Source: Octopus sinensis
Taxonomy: Eukaryota
Direction of reading: 5' to 3'
Assembly (NCBI RefSeq): GCF_006345805.1
Contig: NC_043007.1
Location: forward strand, 57,474,001-57,538,000
DNA length: 64,000 nt
A program made the translations under genes and the position numbers. The number at the start of each line of letters is the position of its first letter. Positions within the stretch are counted from its first letter, which is position 1. Below the pieces are notes generated by a model. That model had not been told where the DNA came from. It did no database searches and saw nothing but the letters and a program-made list of their open reading frames with translations. This document shows, in pieces, positions 56,833 to 64,000 of the stretch.

Positions 56833-57321
56833 CAACCCCACCAAACTTGCTTGGTGAGGAGGGTGTTTATTGGACACCCTGCGGGATGAAAAACAAAACC
56901 CGTCAGAGGGTGGAGGAATACTTGAGAGTCAACGGCCATCCAATAAATGTCTTAAGGCTGTATTATGCGCAGGGACATAGAAATAATCGGACAGAATACC
57001 CGATCGCGCGGTTAAACCATTGAGAGTGAAGAACTCCTAGCCTTTGTTAGGGCATCCTTCTAGGAGAAGGTAACTCAGGTAACTGGGATGACTCCAAAAT
57101 AAAACTTGCAGCTCAGTGGTTACCGATGAAGTTGACTTGTTCTTCTTTACGGATTATGGCTGTTGTAGTTTAGTGAGTGGGATCGACTCAGTGCACAGCC
57201 TTTCCTCATTTTAAAAAGAATCTTCTTGCACAGGCATTGCACGATAACAACATTGTTTATGACTGTTGATAGTACCTTGAGTCTCAACTGAATGACTGGC
57301 TGTAGCCTTAAAAAGCAAATA

Positions 57322-58643
57322 CGAGGGACGTTCAATAAGTAATGCCTCTGGCCCACTTGCAGTTGTTTGATCTAGCTGAAATTTTGCATGTGCAATAATT
57401 TATATCTCTATAGAGTAAGTGACAAATTACAGCTCATCTCTATAGAGTAAGTGACAAATTACAGCTCTGAATTAATTGTGGTTTCTGATTTACAGGTGTT
57501 TGAACCGAGTCAAGTGTGAAATGGAGCCTGTTGAGTGTCGAGCAGTGATCCGGTTTTTGTATTTGAAAGGACGCACACCACGGGAGACTTTTGATGAAAT
57601 GAAAGTAACTTATGGTGATGATGCCCCATCATATGACCTTGTAAAACGCTGGCATCGTGAATTCAAACATGGTCGGAACTCTGTGGAAACAGCTCCCAGA
57701 TCTGGTCGCCCCTTCTGCCATTGTTGAGGCATCTGTCCGTCAAGTTGAGGCTGCCATTTTGGAAGATCGACGCATAATTATTCGCCAAATAGCCCATGAG
57801 GTCAAGATTAGTACTGGGTCTGTGGAAACTATCATTCATGACCATTTGCATTTGCAAAAGGTGTCTGCCAGATGGATTCCCAGGTTGCTCACGCCTTTCC
57901 AGAAGCAAGAACGCGTCGAGTGCTCGAGGGTGAATTTGGAGATGTGCCAAGAAGATGAGTCAAAATTTTTCAAAAGACTGATTACACAGGATGAAACCTG
58001 GGTCCATCACGATGATCCAGAGACCAAAGCTCAGTCAATGCAGTGGAAGCACCGTGACTCACCCCCTCCAAAGAAGGCAAGGGTGCAGCCCTCTGCTGGC
58101 AAGGTCATGCTCACAGTCTTCTGGGACCAGGACGGAGTAGTGATGACAGATTTCCTGGCAAAGGGTACCACAATTGCAGGAGCCTCTTATGCTTCACTTT
58201 TGAGGAAATTAAGAGAAGTTATCAAAATCAAGAGGCGGAGCAAGATCAGCAAAGGCATCCTCCTCCTGCAGGACAACGCTCCGGTCCACAACTCGCTTGT
58301 CGCCAGATCAGAAGCACAGGCGTATGGCTATGAACTCCTCCCCCATCCCCCAACTTTCCTGAACTTGCACCCTCTGATTTTCACCTCTTCCCAGTCATGA
58401 AGTTGTTTTTGAAAGGAAAGCGTTTCCCAGATGATGCAGCCTTGATTTCTGAAGTCACGTCGTGGTCGGAGGGCCAAACTGGGGTCTTCTACAAAAACGG
58501 TCTCCAGAGCTGCATCAAGCAATGGGAGAAATGCGTAACTCTGGGTGGTTCCTATGTAGAAAAAGACTAATAACTGTGCCAAGTTTCGTTGCTCTACTGC
58601 TATGGGAAGTGGGTCAGGGGCATTACTTATTGAATGCCCCTCG
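57322..58643 (+). mobile_element. Near full-length mariner (DD34D) transposon
   Basis: TIRs cgagggacgttcaataagtaatgcc / ggcattacttattgaatgcccctcg, TA TSD, about 1.3 kb. Confidence 0.95.
57521..58570 (+). pseudogene. Frameshifted mariner transposase
   Basis: MEPVECRAVIRFL.. HTH region, WIPRLL, TQDETW, QDNAPVH, SDFHLF. Frameshifts near 57710 and 58350. Confidence 0.9.
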
Positions 58644-58718
58644 TAAAAGTCACATTCGATCACTGCACCGATAACAGTTAAGCTTCGTGCAATGACCATA
58701 CTCGATAACGAGGGGGCA

Positions 58719-58799
<81 letters not shown>

Positions 58800-58806
58800 A
58801 CATATA

Positions 58807-58850
<44 letters not shown>

Positions 58851-58956
58851 TATGTATGTATATATAATTAAAAGCAAAATTCACACATTTACATAGTTTT
58901 AATTCATAAATTTACATAGTTTTAATATGTATTTTTTAATATATTTATTTTGTGTT

Positions 58957-58989
58957 TGTCGACCAGTTTCGCTTTCGCTAATCATGACA
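58957..58989 (-). ncRNA. 33-nt minimal hammerhead with an A3-U8 core pair
   Basis: Minus strand: tgtc-ATGATTA-gc gaaa gc-GAAA-ctgg-TC-gaca. Degenerate twin on + at 61923-61955. Confidence 0.7.
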
Positions 58990-59713
58990 TTGAAATTATT
59001 GTAATTTCGTATTTTGTTAAGAAGATTTTAGTCTATGTTGTGTGTGGAATTTATGAAGAATTAATTCAAGAAGTAGAAAATCAAAGGGGAGCTAATCGGT
59101 GATCGTTATTATTGGAGACATGGGAGATAATTGGTAAACGTTATTATTTGAGACAGGGAAATATAATTGTTCATGTTTCGGGGAGGAGATAAATAAATAT
59201 ACACAAAAACTCAAAAGCTAAAATAGTAAGATGAAATATGTACAGTAGTGGGTATGTGATCATGAATCAAAATATATACTGAGATCAAAGTCCTTTTTAG
59301 TGCCTACCTAAAATACACAAGAGCAAGGTAGTTATGAAGCCTGCAAACATTCACCGGGCAAATACATAAATATTTAAGCGCCAGAAGACTTAAAGTTAAG
59401 GCCTATTATAGCCTATGAAACCCACCACCTCACCAATTTTCTAGATATCCTACTGAAACCCTTGCTGAAATAGATCAAAAGTTTCATTAGAGACGATTTA
59501 GACATGCTACAGCACCTACCAAAAACAATTAATGAAGAGGCATTATTGGTTTTCTTCGATGTTATCAATCTTTACACCAACATCCCACATGACTATGGAA
59601 TAGAAGCAATAAAATTCTGATTGGAAAAGTATCCCGAAGTGCCTCCGGAATGCATAAACCAGGTCTTTATTGTTGAATCTTTAAAATTTATACTTCAGAA
59701 CAATTATTTCCTA

Positions 59714-60446
59714 CTAGCATCATAGCCCGGCGTTGCCCGGGTATTTAAGAGCCCCTAGTAGGCAACGACTAATCCTAATCTAGTTCTTTCCCTCTAGGAA
59801 ACGAAGGCGCATGTGTAGGTTGCAATGTCTTCTCTTCACTCCCAAATAACTATCAAACAGCTATCGATAATTCAACCCAACCAATTCCTACCAGGAAGAA
59901 ATTACATTCGAGACTTTACCCCCACTTCTGCTAATAGCTGCTGCAGCCGCAAGTTATTCGAATACTTTTTTGTTTACACTTTCTTTATAACTACCACCCC
60001 AAACGTTTTACCTTAAATTTTTGACGTACCCTAAGGGTCCTCGGACGCTACTTGCAAACTCTTGGTTTATTATATCACTTTTGACTTTTTCGTTGTTGTC
60101 ACTCACATTGCTGCCCGCTTTTTTGCCGTTTTTGTACATTTTTATACATTTTGGGATACTTACCCCACGTGTTCCGAAAGTTAAAAAGGTCGAGTTGCGT
60201 CCCCTAGACAGTCTGTAGAAAATGTGTTGCATATAAAAAGCTTAGATTCTCGAACCATGTCGAATTTATCGATTTTTTTTCAGAACTGGGGGAACTTTTC
60301 AAAATTTTAGTTTTGAATTATGACATTGAGCTATGTGTGTGTCAAGTTTCATCAGAATCGGTTGAAAGCCGTGGTCAGGGTGAGGGTACAACCTGACAGA
60401 CGCACAGACACACAGACAGACAAACTGCCGTTTATATATAGAGAGA
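59714..60446 (-). mobile_element. Non-autonomous Helitron inserted in the PLE RT
   Basis: 5' TC, 3' hairpin cccgg gcaacg ccggg then CTAG. Inserted between A and T with no TSD. Removing it restores the frame NNYFL|FDDTYYRQK. Confidence 0.9.
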
Positions 60447-62054
60447 TTTGATGACACCTACTATCGTCAAAAGTGCGGAATTATAATGGGAACGAACGCA
60501 GCGATGTTCTTGCAAACCTAATAATGAATTATTTTAAATTCACAATATGTATGAAGTGGATATCCTTCTCACCATTATTTAAGAGAGAACTGGAAAAGAT
60601 ACTTGGATGACTGCTTATCATTTGGAAGGAGACCATTGATAAACTTTTGGAATTCAAATCTATACTAAATAATATAAATCTTAACATTCAATTCACAATG
60701 GAAAATAGCAAAGAAGAGCTCCCTTTCTTGGATATTATGATTAAAAAAATGTCAACAACCAAATTATAACTGACATTTATCATAAACCAACGGACTTGAG
60801 GCAATATCTCCTGTTTAGCTCATGCCACCCGAAACACATCAAAAGAAATATCCGCTTTAATTCAGCAAAAAGGATTTGCACAATAGTGTCTGAGAGAAAT
60901 ACGCGGGACCTTTATCTTCAAGACCTCAGAACAACACTAACTGAAAGATAATATCCGCCCTCACTTTTAGACGATGGAATTAAGTGTGCTAAGAAATTAG
61001 ACATTAAAACATTAAGGGTGACAATACATAACATGACACCTCATCGTAAAAACACTACTGTGTATATCAACTCAGTCAACTCACAACCCTAAAAACAATT
61101 AGGCGTAAAACACTATTGTACAAAATCTACCTATGCTCACTAGAGATCCTAAAATGAACAACATTCTAAAAACATAATTTCATCAAATGCAAAACGCAAC
61201 ACAAATCGCTAAAAAGACTTCTAACAAGCTTTACACAACCACGAAACCAACGGTTAAAAATGTGGACGTCCAAACTGTGGAACATGCCTCAACGTACTGG
61301 AAGTTTCGGAATTCCTTTTCAAACAAGGAGAGACGTTCAAATTAAAACCAACTTCACTTGTGCTTCCGAGAATCTAATTTATGTTATAACTTGCTCAGAT
61401 TGTGGACATCATTATATAGGATAGACAAGTATGACACTGAGACGGAGAACCACACTACATAACGAACAGATCCGGTTCCCACAATACAGACAGATTCCTT
61501 TGAATGAACACATAGAAAGACGTGCAGGTAATATCCAACCAAACTTAACAGTTTTCCCCATCTACTAGTGAACGGGAACAATTTCTGTACAAGAACGTTT
61601 AAATAACGAAAATTTGTTCATCGAAAACTACAGAACACGTCTAAATATAAACGCATAACCAACTTTGATCTCATAAATATTTTAATTCATGATCACATAC
61701 CCATCACTGTACATATTTCATCTCACTACTTCAGCTTTTAAATTTTTGTGTATATATATTTATCCCCTCCCCGAAAGATGAACAATTACCTCCCCTGGTC
61801 CTAATAATAACGATCACCAATTACCTCCCCTTAGATTTTTTTTACTTGTCGAATCATTCATTCATAAACCCCTCCACACACAACTTGGAACAAAATCTTA
61901 AAATACAAAATTCCAATTTCAATGTCATGATTAGCGAAAGAGACACTGGTCGACAAACACAGTATGAAATATATTAAAACTATGTAAAGTGTGTTCATTT
62001 TCCTTCTTTTATCTTATATCTATATTTTTTGCATTATTTATATAGACATATATG

Positions 62055-62099
<45 letters not shown>

Positions 62100-62102
<3 letters not shown>

Positions 62103-62310
62103 TGTGTGTGTGCGTGCGTGTGTTTGTGTTTATCCCCATCGACACTGCTTGAAGACCGGTGTGGGTCTGTTTACTTCCTTGTAACTTTGCGGTTTGGGAA
62201 AAGATACCACCAATAAAATAAGTACTAGGTTGGATTTGTTCAGCTAAAACCTTTCAAGGCGTGCCACTCATTCGCACAGTTCAGTATCTGAACAAGTGAA
62301 ATATAAGATA
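62100..62310 (+). mobile_element. Family A SINE 3' half
   Basis: ctgcttgaagaccggtgtggg..gtaactttgcggtttgggaaaaga..aataagtactagg. Confidence 0.65.
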
Positions 62311-62706
62311 AAAAATCAATATACGATATATCAGAGCATCCTAATCTTTTCGTCCTTAAAATTCTTACGTTGTCTTCTATCGATAACTTTTACATTTGTT
62401 TTTCAACTGTGCAGTCATTAATATTATGATTTCCGAATTATAATTATAAAAAATTATAATTCAAACAATTTCTTATTTCCGTTCAGAAATTAATAGATAA
62501 AATACCATGAAATGCCAAAATTCGAGCGAGATATCATAATACTTTTTGCCATACGAATTATTATGCAACGTGGTTGTATGAGTTCAGAAAGTGTGTTATA
62601 CGATAAATGTATGGTAATATCAAAAGAAAACTAACCCACTCACCCGGCAAAGTTGAAATACCAAACATTGAAGATAGAAAGCATATAATATGTATAACCT
62701 GATCTA

Positions 62707-62915
62707 AGGCTGGCAGAGTCGCTAGCACACCCGGCAAAAATGCTTAGCGGCATTTTGTCCGGATTTACGCTCTGAGTTCAAATTCCGCTTAGGCCGACTT
62801 TGACATTCATCCTTCCGAAGGTCGATAAAATAAGTACCAGTTGAGCATTGGGGTCGATGTCTTCGACCTGAACCCTCTCCAGACATTGGTAACCTTGTTC
62901 CGAAAATTGAAACTA
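62707..62915 (+). mobile_element. Family B SINE
   Basis: gctggcagagtcgctagcac..ctgagttcaaattccgc..ggtcgataaaataagtaccagttgagcattggggtcgat. Confidence 0.85.
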
Positions 62916-63865
62916 ATATGTATACCGTGATCTACGTGGCACTAGTGTCCTCTTAATGTTTCTTATCAATGTTTTTTTTTTCTTTATACTCTCTTCTTAA
63001 TTTAAAACAACACCTGTAACCATTCAGACCATCGTCTCTTCCAACCACTGACTCGAGAAAATTTTCATTTATTGTTCTTGCAGGTAATTCACTTTTGTAG
63101 ATCTGATTGTTGCGTGTGTTGACTCATTCGGAAATCTTGTGTCAACCACTCAGACTGCTGATGTCCATTCATTAAAGCACTTCTGCTACACAACTACCCC
63201 GCCTTTCATCAAGTCGACACACTATATTCTGGCGTCTTTGTTGACACACTGTGCTGTAAAGCTAATGGTTGATATCAATATTGCAAGATATCAATACTTA
63301 CTGACTTATTTCTCTCTTCTACATTATGTGTCATTCTAACAATTAAAACACACACACTGTAACACATTTGAAGTGAGAAAGAAAAATCGTAGTTAAAGTG
63401 TTAAACTCCATTTGCATCTATTATTGCTTCTGTTACTACACTTTCGGTAATTATAACAAATAACTAGCCTCATTGCACTTGTAATTGCTGTTGTTGTTAC
63501 TGTTGTCGATATTGTTGTTGTTGCTATTGTTATTATCGTTATTGTTGCAGTTGCAATATAGCACCAGATCAACTCTCGTTGAACAGATCTATGATAAAAT
63601 ATCTTCCAAACATGGCCATCGCCTTTGTTTTGCTTCATTAACTAGTGTGCGTCTTTTCTTTTTTTCAGATGCTGAATTGTGATTTGACAATACTTGACTG
63701 TTATCTCAAGCAAAACAAGTAAAGGCTTCTTAGTATGCTTGACGATGTGGTTACTATACAAGTTACTGCTACGGCAGATACACTGAAGTTGTAAGATCAT
63801 TGCTGGTATTCCTGCAACAGTAACGGCATTTTATTGCAACTTCCATTGGTGATGCCTCGAGTGAG

Positions 63866-64000
63866 GCACGAAGCTGGCAGAATCGTTAGCACACCGAGAA
63901 AAATGCTTAGCAGCATTTCGTCCGTTTTCACGTTCTGAGTTCAAATGCCACTGCGGTCGACTTTGTCTTTCATCTCTTCGAGGCAGATTAAATTAATACC
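63866..64000 (+). mobile_element. Family B SINE (runs off the window)
   Basis: gctggcagaatcgttagcacaccg..gttctgagttcaaat. Confidence 0.8.

Larger units (their letters stand above)
58870..62005 (+). mobile_element. Penelope-like element with decayed RT and GIY-YIG and an inverted 5' pLTR
   Basis: FDVINLYTNIPHD, NNYFLFDD.YYRQ..G..MGT, WKRYLDDC, LPFLDIMI, NLIYVITCSDCGHHYIG. 58870-59291 is inverted at 61661-62005. Confidence 0.9.

Overview
This is AT-rich, microsatellite-saturated eukaryotic DNA with one 100-N assembly gap and no recognisable intact host gene. The SINE families, Penelope remnants and repeat landscape point to an octopus (coleoid cephalopod) genome; that assignment is an inference. 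Nearly all ORFs in the supplied track are simple-repeat artefacts. The real content is transposon-derived: a near-complete DD34D mariner, three DD37D (maT) remnants, hAT, Tigger and piggyBac-type MITEs, Helitron-type non-autonomous elements, two R4/Dong-like LINE 3' ends in (AAT)n, RTE remnants, many tRNA-type SINEs and several Penelope-like element (PLE) remnants. The most striking signal is invisible to ORF calling. About 15 hammerhead-ribozyme (HHR) motifs, intact to degenerate, sit in PLE pseudo-LTRs and short non-coding fold-back elements. They show three covarying states of the 3-8 core pair (C-G, U-A, A-U). There is also a candidate type II topology family, short copies whose 5' ends coincide with the predicted self-cleavage site, and an HDV-like ribozyme fold at the 5' end of an RTE-like element. 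All folds were assigned by eye and none has been computed or tested.
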